DNA from: Candidatus Thalassarchaeum betae
GTDB taxonomy: Archaea; Thermoplasmatota; Poseidoniia; Poseidoniales; Thalassarchaeaceae
Assembly: GCA_003193925.1 (NCBI GenBank)
Contig: PSPG01000002.1
Coordinates: forward strand, 41,258 to 105,257
Length of the DNA: 64,000 nucleotides
Reading direction: 5' to 3'
Part shown: positions 39,201-48,584 of the stretch, piece after piece
Layout of the letters: every line of letters begins with the position of its first letter
How positions within the stretch are numbered: position 1 is the stretch's first letter
Position numbers and translations under genes: made by a program
Notes under the pieces: generated by a model
Seen by the model: the letters and a program-made list of their open reading frames with translations, nothing else
What the model was told of the DNA's origin: nothing
Databases searched by the model: none

Positions 39201-41812
39201 GGACCCTGACCCTCGGCCTACCCGATGACTCCCCTCCGGCCTTCCACTCCTTCTCTGACGCGAGCGACCAATCGGCTAATCACGTCCTCAGGGTCTCTCT
39301 CGAAGTCCTGCAGATATACAGGGCCTCGCTATTGGTGATCTCGCCCACGGAGCAACCTCACTTGGTCGAGGTCAATGAGGAGTCTCTGGTCATGGTCCGC
39401 CTCGAGAATCCTGGCAACGGCGACGACACTTACCACTTGACTTACGAAATCCTCCTCGACGAGAACATCACCGAGGACCCGGGTGTGGGGGTTGCCTTCT
39501 CCAATGACATGGTGTCCTTGGGCGCAGGTAGTCTGACGAACATACCTGTGACCGTTGTACTACCTGACACCACCCCTGCTCGTGCCCCCGTCAGTATCGA
39601 AATCCACATGACCTCGATGGGAGACCAGTCAGTCAGTGACTCGGACGTCGTGATCCTCGAGGCTAGTCAGGACCACCGATGGAACATCACTGCGAGCGTC
39701 GGTGAGTCCATCGCCGATGGAAACACCTTCGCCGTCGCACCCGGAGGAACTCTGGAGGTGAGCGTCGAAGCGAAGAATGTCGGTAATCTGATCGATGACC
39801 TGACTCTGACAGTGAGTTACGAGGTTACCTTGGCGGGCGATGACGCCTCACAAGGCTGGGACTCCCAAGGAGATACAGTGGTCGACATCGGAGTGAACCA
39901 GACTGCACTGATGACGGTCAACGCGACCGTGCCTGCAGACGCTTGGAACGGCTCTACAATGCAAGTAACCGTCACCGCCACTGCTCAGGATGAGGAGGTG
40001 GGTTCGTTCACTTTCGGCATCGAGGTGACTCATGTGCCAGCTTGGTCGGCCTCGGCAGACCAGACCTACCTCGATATACACCCCAATGGCTCAAGCATAG
40101 AACTGACCGTGATTCAGCAAGGCAACTCCCCCACGATGCCATATGCTACAGTGTGGGTGAGCGGTGAGAGCGGTTGGCATATTGTCGTCTCCGACGAACT
40201 CCCTGTCCTTTCCCCCGGTGAGACTGCTCCGATGATGCTCAACATCACCCCGCCTGACACAGCGCAGCATGGCAGGGCAGTGGAACTCCACGTCAAACTA
40301 AGGGAAGGCGACGGTAGCGGAGAGACAGAAATCACTCTGCCTCTGCGTGTCGCCATCATCAACGACTTCAATCTGAGCGGGCAGGGGCCTTGGTTCATCT
40401 CTGGCGATGGGGGTCACCCAATCGCGGAACTTCAGAACCTCGGTAACGCCCCCACTACCATCGCCCTGCAGGTCCTGAGCCTGCCTAGCGGCTGGATTGT
40501 CGTCGGGCAGACCGAAGTCGTCCTCGGGGTCGGTGAGATTAGAGGTGTTCCCCTGGAGGTGATTCCGTCTGCTGACTGGGACGGCAGCGCCCAGACCGTA
40601 CGCATCCTCGCCGAGGATGCAGACGGGAACCAGCGCGAGGTCTCCCTGAACACCGAGCAATCGTCGTACTCCTGGGCATCTTCCCCCGTGATAGTGGTAA
40701 TGATGGGTGACCATGCGCTGCTTCAGATCCACGGCACCACCTCTGCTTCCAGTGTCGTTGATTCCGTGTCCGGACAGTTGCAATGGGACGATAGGGGCGG
40801 TTGGGCGTTGCCGGCAGTGGCCAGTGGGAATGGCTCCTTGAGCGTGGACTCATCCAGCCTCGACTACGTCTCCCACGTCGTCGAGCCGTCCCTCAGGTCT
40901 GCTGAGTGCGAGATTCTCGGCAGTTTCGAAGAGGTAGTCGCATATTGCTCTATATTCAACGGGACGGAGCCGTTCTCATACTCGATTCTCCTAATCGACG
41001 ACCAGGGGGCGATGCTGAATTTCGCGTCCGGTCACGTCCCTGCCAACTCCCCCCACGGCCCGATCAACCTCAGTGCCGAGGGCTGGAGTCCGGAGCCGGG
41101 CAGCAGGACCCTGACGCTGAGACTGCTAGATGAGAGGGGTTTCCAAGTCGCTTTTGATGAGGCTAGCTTCCAAGTCAGAAGGAGCGACTGGAACATAGGC
41201 GTAGTGGAACTAGAGCTTGACGGGGAGGGCTCAAACCAGGAAGTCAAGGTCCTCACTCGAAGGACCAATTACCAACTACTGACTGATGCCGACTGCCATC
41301 TCTCGCTAGTCGCAGGGGAGCATTCCTCAACCCACCGAGTGGATTGGAGCAGCACATTGGCCCCCATCTTCAGAATTGACCGTCCCGATGTCGATGATGG
41401 CATCGAAATCGTCGTGACTATCGGGTGCGAGTTCCCCTGGGACTCAGATTCCGACCCGAGCGACGACGAGGCCAGACTGATTCTCTCGGGCGGCTCTATG
41501 GAGCTCCCGGAGTTCGACATGGGGACCGCAGTAGTTGCAGCCCTGCTGGTGATCGGTGCATCTGTGGCCTTCGCGTGGATGCTCAGAAACTACCGCGAGG
41601 GCAAGGAGCTCATGGAGATGGCCATGGCGACGGCAGAGGAGAGGGCAGCCAAGAAGAGTATCGAGCCAAAGGCCCCTGACACTCCTGAGCCGGTGGCTGA
41701 AACACAGGACGAAGGCATCAGCGAAGATGCTGCTGAACCGGAGTCCGAAGTCGAGGAGGGGGCGTTGGACGACTTCGAGGACAGGCTCGGGCGCCTGATG
41801 CGAGAAGACTAG
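36221..41812 (+). CDS. Giant surface protein: FG-GAP-like beta-propeller, CARDB and NEW3-like Ig domains, C-terminal TM and acidic tail
   Basis: Repeated P...D.DGDG..E motifs; VTVTALFENSG...LDPYSNV; repeated (L/V)xNxGN domains; TM AVVAALLVIGASVAFAWML. Confidence 0.85.
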   Translation: MVACASSGDPSRLREAALGVALMLLMSLSPVLMQFDAHVRMQTGDGTQSPWSDGGQPWPQSGRTPGRVADVPAHSPDGGAGNGTPADAAELMSIVEPAVNWVYGSYSISTDALATPIADLSASVTKDEAAAERCGGSSLFTILVQTDSNSDHTFLRIVEGEDADLAWSVDLGLTEYVKAAPVVVDVDGDGMQEVLVAYDASGTLYLDAWAPRLTCSVTGWSPGGHGGELLWSWSDESLMISSNQGPYSSSALGGHKPTTQPLLADLDLDGDAEIVIAAIDEVSGEPVVVALGLSESGATLLWDAALDKGSHPSDPAFAQTDDTTGYVLLTTTQHNSGAMWVWKLDSASGDSSWDGLSLTNSDGDTDAPHIRLPGPVIANLDSDSAPEMVLTIPTDFDGSGSVDGAEFIGMEIGNGDVLWDFEASNGYADAPPVVIDTDGDGQHDRVCWVTWSQETTWARHGHAGCHDVSGSSPDQAWQKSLEQSSGYPNDEIAVAPPTWMDIDGNGEQELLVAYGRSLWAFDGDDGSTFVWGGSIDLPHRTWSAPALADMDGGATLDLVLGDTVVSHALADVRPLLDQRGIEFSPSEPDPGEAVTVTALFENSGTADTDDETEAKLYANGQLIASYEAGTMEPVGPTGGGSFESFSVEWSGPLGEHVFELVLDPYSNVSQSRRDNDAQTTTLAIVAPYNATFEIPTEPIRVTPGESALAAPNIRSTGRLAGTWSLAVDDSSLPGGWTWSDESGGGLSGIEIDVDAVWAPHLRIHAPADALGSDAGHLGLTLTLDDDPDNVSVSASLPIEANRTRGLSLRGPDGTAASTGYGLLGADAQAWMLLQNLGNAPENQITISWSGTAWGTDLRLYDMAGIEQPALSLAPDEVLLLTARMEVPDDANLGDSVATPLSMCVGSGEEETCQTISLTFEAAGVVTDVHQRSVPAQGLEWAVHADMPIGAMQLTWSLADAGMTVQGWSWSASGNLSIAGDTVIMTGAIGSQAFGTLTLGLPDDSPPAFHSFSDASDQSANHVLRVSLEVLQIYRASLLVISPTEQPHLVEVNEESLVMVRLENPGNGDDTYHLTYEILLDENITEDPGVGVAFSNDMVSLGAGSLTNIPVTVVLPDTTPARAPVSIEIHMTSMGDQSVSDSDVVILEASQDHRWNITASVGESIADGNTFAVAPGGTLEVSVEAKNVGNLIDDLTLTVSYEVTLAGDDASQGWDSQGDTVVDIGVNQTALMTVNATVPADAWNGSTMQVTVTATAQDEEVGSFTFGIEVTHVPAWSASADQTYLDIHPNGSSIELTVIQQGNSPTMPYATVWVSGESGWHIVVSDELPVLSPGETAPMMLNITPPDTAQHGRAVELHVKLREGDGSGETEITLPLRVAIINDFNLSGQGPWFISGDGGHPIAELQNLGNAPTTIALQVLSLPSGWIVVGQTEVVLGVGEIRGVPLEVIPSADWDGSAQTVRILAEDADGNQREVSLNTEQSSYSWASSPVIVVMMGDHALLQIHGTTSASSVVDSVSGQLQWDDRGGWALPAVASGNGSLSVDSSSLDYVSHVVEPSLRSAECEILGSFEEVVAYCSIFNGTEPFSYSILLIDDQGAMLNFASGHVPANSPHGPINLSAEGWSPEPGSRTLTLRLLDERGFQVAFDEASFQVRRSDWNIGVVELELDGEGSNQEVKVLTRRTNYQLLTDADCHLSLVAGEHSSTHRVDWSSTLAPIFRIDRPDVDDGIEIVVTIGCEFPWDSDSDPSDDEARLILSGGSMELPEFDMGTAVVAALLVIGASVAFAWMLRNYREGKELMEMAMATAEERAAKKSIEPKAPDTPEPVAETQDEGISEDAAEPESEVEEGALDDFEDRLGRLMRED

Positions 41813-41817
41813 GCATG

Positions 41818-42552
41818 CTAGAGGGCCAGCCTCAGCCTGTGCATGCTCTCGTACAGGGGCGTCGCCTGCTCGAGTATGGCCTCGTGCTCCGGGGTCAATT
41901 CGCCACGGCGAGGCCGGTAAGGGGCGAAACCGGTCGAGGACCAGACAGAATCGTACCAGTGCTCCCCCCATATCCCGTCGCAATGCCTCGGACCTGCTTT
42001 CCATGACAGCATCCGATCACTGAAGTCTATCCCGATTTCATCGCACAGAAGACGCAGTATTCCCCCGGGGTCCTCGAGAATGTCCCTAGAGTCTAAGATC
42101 GGCGGGATGCGCCCCGAACTCTTGGCCACGAGCTCCATCAGTCGTACCTGCTGGGGCAGTCCCGTGGACCACAGGCTGACCTCGTCGGTAATCCTAGCTA
42201 GAGAGAGCAGGACCTCCCTCGGGTCGCGCAACAGGAAGCAGTTGGACAGCGAATCGAGCCAGTCTGTATCCATTCCCGGGAGAATGTGGTGGCACATGTG
42301 TTTCTGGTACCATATCGACGCGTCCCCTGGGATATGCCCCGTCAGGTAATCGACCACCTTGGCCGAATCGGACTCGTAGTGCGCGATCACCTTCCCTGCG
42401 CCGGGGTGTTGAATACCGGTCTGCGCCAGGTAGTGCGCGTATAGCGGCTCATCGATAGCGAAGCAGTCCCGGCGGTTGTCGAACGAGTACATCATCGCGG
42501 TTGATATGTTGCGTGGCCCCGACCACATCGCGATGGCGACTCCATCAGCCAT
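41818..42552 (-). CDS. Sulfotransferase-like P-loop protein
   Basis: MWSGPRNISTAMMYSF, DEPLY, QKHM, LLRDPREV, MLSW, WYDSVWSSTGF. Confidence 0.8.
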   Translation of the reverse strand: MADGVAIAMWSGPRNISTAMMYSFDNRRDCFAIDEPLYAHYLAQTGIQHPGAGKVIAHYESDSAKVVDYLTGHIPGDASIWYQKHMCHHILPGMDTDWLDSLSNCFLLRDPREVLLSLARITDEVSLWSTGLPQQVRLMELVAKSSGRIPPILDSRDILEDPGGILRLLCDEIGIDFSDRMLSWKAGPRHCDGIWGEHWYDSVWSSTGFAPYRPRRGELTPEHEAILEQATPLYESMHRLRLAL

Positions 42553-43453
42553 CACACTCACTCCTGATGAGTTCGATGTAGAGGCTCTGGAGAAGTTCAC
42601 ACATCGGGCCTCTCTGGCCCCCGCTCATCGGATCGCCGTCGAACTCGACGACGGGGATGAGGCCGGCGAAGGTGCCTGTGACGAAAGCCTCGTCGGCCGT
42701 GCTGACATCATTGGTGGTGAAGTCCCTCTCGTGGGCTGGAATCCCATTGGCGCGGCACAGCTCGAGGACCTTGCGCCGCGTGATTCCGTCGAGGCAGTGC
42801 TCGCCCGTCGAGGTCCAGACCTCGCCATGCCTGACGATGAAGAAGTGCGTGGAGTTGCAGGTGGCTACGTTTCCAGCGGGGTCCAGCATCAGCCCCTCCT
42901 CGCCACCCTTGGCGGCAGCGTCCACGCAAGCGGCGATGCAGTTGTGCTTGGACAGGCTGTTGATCCTCGGGTCCTGGACGTTCTGCTCGCCCCTCCTCAC
43001 ATCCACAGTGACCAGTCTGATTCCTTCGACTGCCCCCCTCTCGTTTGCCCTCTTGTACTCGGGTATGATCACCAGGGTCGGCGGGCTCGATATCACCCAC
43101 GGGGCCTGATACGGGGTGGGCTTGAGGCCCCTAGTGACAATCAGTCGGACGTGCACGCCGTCATCCATGCCGTTGGCCTCGATCACCCTGTTGACTTCGT
43201 TGAGGATCTCCTCGCGTGCGCGTCCGATGTCCATGGATATCGCCTCGGCGCCCCTGAACAACCGGTCCATGTGGTCGTCGGCGAAGGCGAGGGTCCCCTT
43301 GTGCAGCCTGAACGACTCCCACACGCCGTCGCCCAGAAGGAATCCCGCGTCGAGCACGGAGACCTTGGCTTCCGGGCGCGGCAGCAACTCGCCGTTGATC
43401 GAGATGAGTACGCTCTCGTTGCGAGGATCGTCCTCGTACTCGTGGGTCCCCAT
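42545..43453 (-). CDS. Aminotransferase class IV (branched-chain / D-amino acid type)
   Basis: VSVLDAGFLLGDGVWE, HMDRL, LDGITR, ADEAFVTGT. Confidence 0.9.
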   Translation of the reverse strand: MGTHEYEDDPRNESVLISINGELLPRPEAKVSVLDAGFLLGDGVWESFRLHKGTLAFADDHMDRLFRGAEAISMDIGRAREEILNEVNRVIEANGMDDGVHVRLIVTRGLKPTPYQAPWVISSPPTLVIIPEYKRANERGAVEGIRLVTVDVRRGEQNVQDPRINSLSKHNCIAACVDAAAKGGEEGLMLDPAGNVATCNSTHFFIVRHGEVWTSTGEHCLDGITRRKVLELCRANGIPAHERDFTTNDVSTADEAFVTGTFAGLIPVVEFDGDPMSGGQRGPMCELLQSLYIELIRSECDG

Positions 43454-43461
43454 CCTACACC

Positions 43462-44373
43462 TCAGAATTCGACACCGGTGAGGCGTTTGTACATCGATGC
43501 GTAGAGTTCTGCCGTCTTGTCGATCATCGCCTGCGGAAGCGCGGGTATCGGCGGCTCCTCGGTGCCCTCGGCCCTAGCGTCGTAGAGCGCCCTGTGATGT
43601 CCGATGGCGATGTAGTGCTCGCGGACGAACTCCTTCGACAGCGAGACTATCTGACCGTTGGCGTAGGTCTCGGCGTCCCACCAGCGGTCCTCGTCCAAGG
43701 TTCCGAACGAGTCGACGAGTACCGGCTTCCTGCGCGGCCCCAGCGCGAACTCCTTCTTGCCGTCGACGTGGATGAGGCCGCGCTTGTCGGCCTCGCGCCC
43801 GATAATGGCATCGATCTTGAGTACGGCTTCGAGGATGGAATCGAACTCCGCCTCGGTGAGATTGGATATCTCAAGTGCCTCCTTCCTGTCGAGGAGCCTG
43901 TCGAACGACTCGAACTTGGTAGAGACCTCGAGGTATGGCTCGGGCAGTTTGCAGCCCTCCTCGATCTGCGTCCCCGGCTCAAAGCCGAACTCCTCGGCCC
44001 CGACCTCGCCCTTGGCGTAGCGTTGCCAGCCTGAGCCGGCCAGATGATGGCGGCATATCACCTCGAGCGGGACGAAGACGTTCTCCATGTCCTGGGTGAT
44101 GGCCCCTGGCTCCCTGATGACCTCGAAACGCCTGGCGAGGCAGCGGTCGGGAGCGCTCATCTCGAGCAGATGCGTGTCGCACACTCCTTCAGCCTCGACC
44201 AGATTGAACCAGTGGCAGGTCGTGCGATTCAAACTCTCCCCCTTGCGGGGGATTAAGGATGGGATGATCTGGTCGTAGACAGAAATCTGGTCGGTGTACC
44301 GGAATTCGAGGACATCCGGGTCCTCGGTACTCCATACCTGCTTGACCTTGCCTTGGTAGAGCAACTCTCCCAT
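43462..44373 (-). CDS. purC: SAICAR synthase
   Basis: LYQGKVK, DQISVYD, PLEVICR, STK, VDGKKEFA, DEDRWW, SKEFVR. Confidence 0.93.
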   Translation of the reverse strand: MGELLYQGKVKQVWSTEDPDVLEFRYTDQISVYDQIIPSLIPRKGESLNRTTCHWFNLVEAEGVCDTHLLEMSAPDRCLARRFEVIREPGAITQDMENVFVPLEVICRHHLAGSGWQRYAKGEVGAEEFGFEPGTQIEEGCKLPEPYLEVSTKFESFDRLLDRKEALEISNLTEAEFDSILEAVLKIDAIIGREADKRGLIHVDGKKEFALGPRRKPVLVDSFGTLDEDRWWDAETYANGQIVSLSKEFVREHYIAIGHHRALYDARAEGTEEPPIPALPQAMIDKTAELYASMYKRLTGVEF

Positions 44374-44427
44374 GCCTGCACTAGAGTCGATTACGCCGAT
44401 GAACATTCCTAAGCCTGGGCTTCTGGG

Positions 44428-45408
44428 TCAGTTCCTCCTGACCAGTAGGATTACTATGAGGACTGACAGGAGCGCGATCGCTATCCAGCGCTGATCGAAG
44501 TCGCTCTGTACCCCTTCATCGTTAGACAGGAACAAATCTTGGGCAGTGTCCAGATGAGGAGACTCGGTCGAGGCCATCAGCACGATGCCCTCTATGTGGT
44601 ATGGGACCCCTCCCCTCATTCCCTTGGAAACCGCCTTTGAATTCGTGATTGAGGCCATTACGAAGTCACAGGTGTCGGCCCTCCTGAGATTCTCGATGGC
44701 CTCGAACTCGCCGCCGCTGTCCAATGGTCTGAAAGGAATTTGCACCTCATAGTGACTCTCCATCCTACTGACGACCATCTTGGAAATCTCGACCTCGTAG
44801 CCCTGCATTTCGGCATTGTCGTCTAGGTTCGACATCGGAGAGTCCTGATTATACATACAGGCCACCAATTCCTTCTCGCCCTCTAAGATACGATAGAGTG
44901 TGCCGCCCTCGGTCGGAGTCGGCCAAGCACCAATGACACTGACGAAATCGGAATCTTTCAGCTCGGTCTCACCGAGGAACCACGTCAGGTACGCCTGCTG
45001 GCCGGTGCTTGAGGAGAATATCCCCCCGAGAGCGGCGTTGATGGCCTGCAGTAACTCTAGGTTGCCCCAGTCGTCTTGAGTGTCGGATCGGGCCACCGGA
45101 ACGTACGATTCGGTCTCCTCGACCATACCGAGGATGGAGAGTCCCGGCAGATTGGCCCTGTTAGCCGGATCGGCGGCGATCAGATTGGATGTCAGCATGA
45201 AGTCGATCTCACCGACCATAAGGGCGCGCATCGCGAACTGATGGTCCTCGTAGCCGGTCTCGATTATGTGCTCGTAAGAGTCGATGAGATGTGATGCGGG
45301 AGTCTCCTGAGAAGTTCCGACGTTGTACTGCAATCCACCTGCTGCAACGGCGGGTGGCGCGGATAGAACCAATGCGCTGAGGCAGAGTGCGACCAATACG
45401 CCCCTCAT
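44428..45408 (-). CDS. Polar amino-acid ABC substrate-binding protein (family 3), apparently circularly permuted, with C-terminal TM anchor
   Basis: SBP3-like motifs ALMVGEID, LLQAINAAL...YLTWF, QGYEVEISK, DFVMASIT, PY; divergent from permease and ATPase. Confidence 0.7.
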   Translation of the reverse strand: MRGVLVALCLSALVLSAPPAVAAGGLQYNVGTSQETPASHLIDSYEHIIETGYEDHQFAMRALMVGEIDFMLTSNLIAADPANRANLPGLSILGMVEETESYVPVARSDTQDDWGNLELLQAINAALGGIFSSSTGQQAYLTWFLGETELKDSDFVSVIGAWPTPTEGGTLYRILEGEKELVACMYNQDSPMSNLDDNAEMQGYEVEISKMVVSRMESHYEVQIPFRPLDSGGEFEAIENLRRADTCDFVMASITNSKAVSKGMRGGVPYHIEGIVLMASTESPHLDTAQDLFLSNDEGVQSDFDQRWIAIALLSVLIVILLVRRN

Positions 45409-45494
45409 GCCCGCGAGGGCCCGCAGGGCCGACTTAGCATTGGTGGTCCACGAGACTATATCCGAAGAAGCGCGTCAGGGGGCGAGGGTTCGCG

Positions 45495-47819
45495 TTGTCC
45501 GGTGGTATCTCACGACTGCTCCACCCAACGGGGAAAAGTGGCAACCGCTACGTCGTCATCCTCTCCTTCTTGATTCTAGCAACCCTGATCACTCCCATCC
45601 AGGGAGTCGAGTACAGAAGCGGTTGGGATGTCGCTGACAGTGGCACCGATGCGGATCTTTTCACGGCGTCCTACGATGGTGAGTCGGTCTTCGCCTTCGG
45701 TGCTGGCGGCGTGATTCTCCAGAGCGACGACAAGGGTTCTACCTGGGTTCAGCTCAGCTCCCCTGCGACGGCCGACCTGCGCAGGTCCGACTCAACAGAA
45801 GCAGTCTACGACCCATTCACAGGCGATTTGAGGGAGAAGGGAGCATTTGCGGTCGTCGGTGACGGTGGGGCGGCCTATCTCCTAGCCGTTGGCAGCGATA
45901 CATGGCAGAACATCTCCTTAGAATCCGCCGTTGACTTCAGAGGGGTTGCGATGACCAGCGCTACCTCATTGGTGACCGTAGGACCGAGCGGGGCTATCTG
46001 GCAGTACCAGAGCGAGGCTTGGACGCAGAGAGACTCCGGAATTGCCTCGGATCTCAATGACATCTCCTTCCTCGATGGCAGCTCGGGCTTTGCAGTGGGT
46101 GACAATGGCATGATACTGGCCACCGATGACGGCGGACAGAACTGGGAGTACAGAGAGGCTCCCGAAGGGCTGGTCGCTAACATTGTGGCAGTCGACTACT
46201 ACAGCGCCATTCGTGCCTATGCGATAACAGACGAAGGGCACATAGTCAAGTCAGTCGGAACGCCCACTGGCACTGCTGTCGGGTTTGTCTGGGAACTGGT
46301 CGAGATCGAGTCGGAGGGCAGGAACACCAGCCTGGGACTCGAACTGAGCTCGATCGACGTATCGTCTGTGAACAAGTTCCTCGTCGCCGGTCCCTCTGGA
46401 TACGTCGCTCTGTCTCTTGACGGCGGCAACATCATCATCCCCCAAATGAACCCCCTGCCTAACGTCACGGACTTCAATCACGTCTCGACGCTCAACCTGT
46501 TCGATGCTGTGCTCGTGGGTGACGGTGGCGTCATCCTGTACAGCGAAAATGCGGGAGAGGACGAGTCCATCGGGTTCCAGGTCGTCGACTTCAGTGACTT
46601 CGGCCAGTTCGTCGACTACTCCAAAGGCATGCTGATGGACGGATTAATCGCCACTATCAAAATCGTCGTATTCGGCATCATGCTGGGTTTTTTCCTAGGA
46701 ATCACGCTCTCGATGATGAAAACCGCTCCGACCACCCTGAAGGAAATTGCACAACTCAATCGCTATGCGTTGGTTAGGCTCTTGCTGCTCCCAATCTGCG
46801 CAATTGAGGCGGTCACGATTGGTTTGGTGAATGGGCCGATGCCCGCAACTCGAGAGGCGGGAAGATTGCGTACGCTGTCCGCGACTTCCACGGGGCCCCT
46901 CAACACCGTAGCCCTGCGGGTATTCGGATTGGGAATGCTAGGCTACGGGACGAAACTGCTTCTCGCTGTAGTCCCCGTAGTCAGGGCCCTCAACCTAGAC
47001 GGTTGGGATTACATCTACGCGCCTATAGGCATCATAAACCCGGAAGGCGTCACTGGACCGATAAGTTTCGTGCCCTTTCTCAGGGTCCTCTTAGGGATAG
47101 CGCTGATCCTCCTGGGCCTGCTATTCATGACCTCGAAGGAATCATTCCCCAAGAGAGAGGTACGTCTGCCATTCCGTGGCATCACGGTGAAGTGGAATCC
47201 CTGGGGTGTGAGGCCGCTGAACGCTGTCGCGACCGTATACACCGACATCTTCCGCAACACCCCTCTGCTCGTACAGTTCTTGTTCATCCACTTCGGGCTC
47301 CAACTGGGCAAGCTGGTTCAGGGGCCCGCGGAGGCGATGCTAGCGGGTTCCACCAGTTTCTTGGCAGAATTCATCATTGACGAATTCCTGAGTGACAGGG
47401 CCTACATCAGCGCCATCTTCGCCCTCGGCCTCAATTCTGGCGCATACCAGTGCGAGACCATACGTGGGGCCATCGCGGCGATTCCCTCTGGCCAGATGGA
47501 GGCAGGCAGGAGCATCGGACTGAACTACATGCAGACAATGAGGCGCGTCATCATGCCGCAGGCAATCAGGATCTGTATACCGCCCATGGGTAACGAGATG
47601 GTCAACCTCGTGCTCAACTCGTCGCTCGCCATGGTCATTGGCTATGCCGAACTGACACGAAAGGGCAAGCTGGCCATCGCTATTACCTGGCAGGTCTTCT
47701 GGGGTTGGGGCATGGTCCTGATCTCTTACTTCATCGTCACTTGGACACTGGCTCTTCTGCTCAGGTATCTCGAGAACAAGACGAGGATACCCGGACTCGG
47801 CATTTCAGGAGGTGCATGA
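45495..47819 (+). CDS. Amino-acid ABC permease (HisM/GlnP type) fused to an N-terminal YCF48/BNR-like beta-propeller
   Basis: G..G.IL.S.D.G..W repeats; FRNTPLLVQ; AYQCETIRGAIAAIPSGQMEAGRSIG (EAA motif); start uncertain. Confidence 0.88.
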   Translation: MSGGISRLLHPTGKSGNRYVVILSFLILATLITPIQGVEYRSGWDVADSGTDADLFTASYDGESVFAFGAGGVILQSDDKGSTWVQLSSPATADLRRSDSTEAVYDPFTGDLREKGAFAVVGDGGAAYLLAVGSDTWQNISLESAVDFRGVAMTSATSLVTVGPSGAIWQYQSEAWTQRDSGIASDLNDISFLDGSSGFAVGDNGMILATDDGGQNWEYREAPEGLVANIVAVDYYSAIRAYAITDEGHIVKSVGTPTGTAVGFVWELVEIESEGRNTSLGLELSSIDVSSVNKFLVAGPSGYVALSLDGGNIIIPQMNPLPNVTDFNHVSTLNLFDAVLVGDGGVILYSENAGEDESIGFQVVDFSDFGQFVDYSKGMLMDGLIATIKIVVFGIMLGFFLGITLSMMKTAPTTLKEIAQLNRYALVRLLLLPICAIEAVTIGLVNGPMPATREAGRLRTLSATSTGPLNTVALRVFGLGMLGYGTKLLLAVVPVVRALNLDGWDYIYAPIGIINPEGVTGPISFVPFLRVLLGIALILLGLLFMTSKESFPKREVRLPFRGITVKWNPWGVRPLNAVATVYTDIFRNTPLLVQFLFIHFGLQLGKLVQGPAEAMLAGSTSFLAEFIIDEFLSDRAYISAIFALGLNSGAYQCETIRGAIAAIPSGQMEAGRSIGLNYMQTMRRVIMPQAIRICIPPMGNEMVNLVLNSSLAMVIGYAELTRKGKLAIAITWQVFWGWGMVLISYFIVTWTLALLLRYLENKTRIPGLGISGGA

Positions 47820-48572
47820 ATGCCAGAGAATGTTTTGAGGGTCACTGATTTGCACAAGATCTACGCCGGAGGGGTCCATGCCGTCCGCGGCGTCTCGTTC
47901 GAGGTCAACGAAGGGGAGTCGGTGGCGATCATAGGTCCCTCAGGAGGCGGTAAGTCGACTGTGCTGCGATGCATCAACCGGCTGATTGAGCCAACCGAGG
48001 GAGTCGTGAGGCTGCGTGGCGAGCGGATCAACACCCCTGGAGCCGATGTCAACGACGTCAGGTCGAGAATCGGGATGGTATTCCAGTCATTCGAGTTGTT
48101 CGCGCACCTGAAGGTCCTCGACAACGTTACACTCGGCCTGAGGCATGTCAGGAAGATGAGCAAAGAAGAGGCCAAGGAAAGAGCTCTGTCGGTGCTCGAA
48201 CGCGTTGATCTTCTGGACAGGATCGATGCCTATCCTGGCAACCTCTCTGGCGGGCAGAAGCAGCGCGTGGCAATCGCCCGGGCTCTGGCGATGAGCCCTG
48301 AGGTCATGCTGTTCGACGAGCCGACCAGCGCCTTGGACCCCGAGCTGATGGGCTCGGTTCTGGCTACCATCAGGAGACTGGCTGACGAAGGAATGACGAT
48401 GGTGATTGTAACTCACGAAATCAGCTTCGCCGAGGACGTAGCTGACCGTATCATCTACCTAGATGAGGGCGTGATAGCCGAGCAGGGACCCTCCTCGATC
48501 ATTGAGGACCCGCAGAGCGAGCGGCTCAAGAGGTTCCTGTCCGCGATTAGCGAGGGGGAGGAATATCAGTGA
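47820..48572 (+). CDS. Polar amino-acid ABC transporter ATP-binding protein (GlnQ-like)
   Basis: GPSGGGKST, LSGGQKQR, LFDEPTSALDPE, VTHE. Confidence 0.95.
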   Translation: MPENVLRVTDLHKIYAGGVHAVRGVSFEVNEGESVAIIGPSGGGKSTVLRCINRLIEPTEGVVRLRGERINTPGADVNDVRSRIGMVFQSFELFAHLKVLDNVTLGLRHVRKMSKEEAKERALSVLERVDLLDRIDAYPGNLSGGQKQRVAIARALAMSPEVMLFDEPTSALDPELMGSVLATIRRLADEGMTMVIVTHEISFAEDVADRIIYLDEGVIAEQGPSSIIEDPQSERLKRFLSAISEGEEYQ

Positions 48573-48584
48573 GCGAATCGAGAA

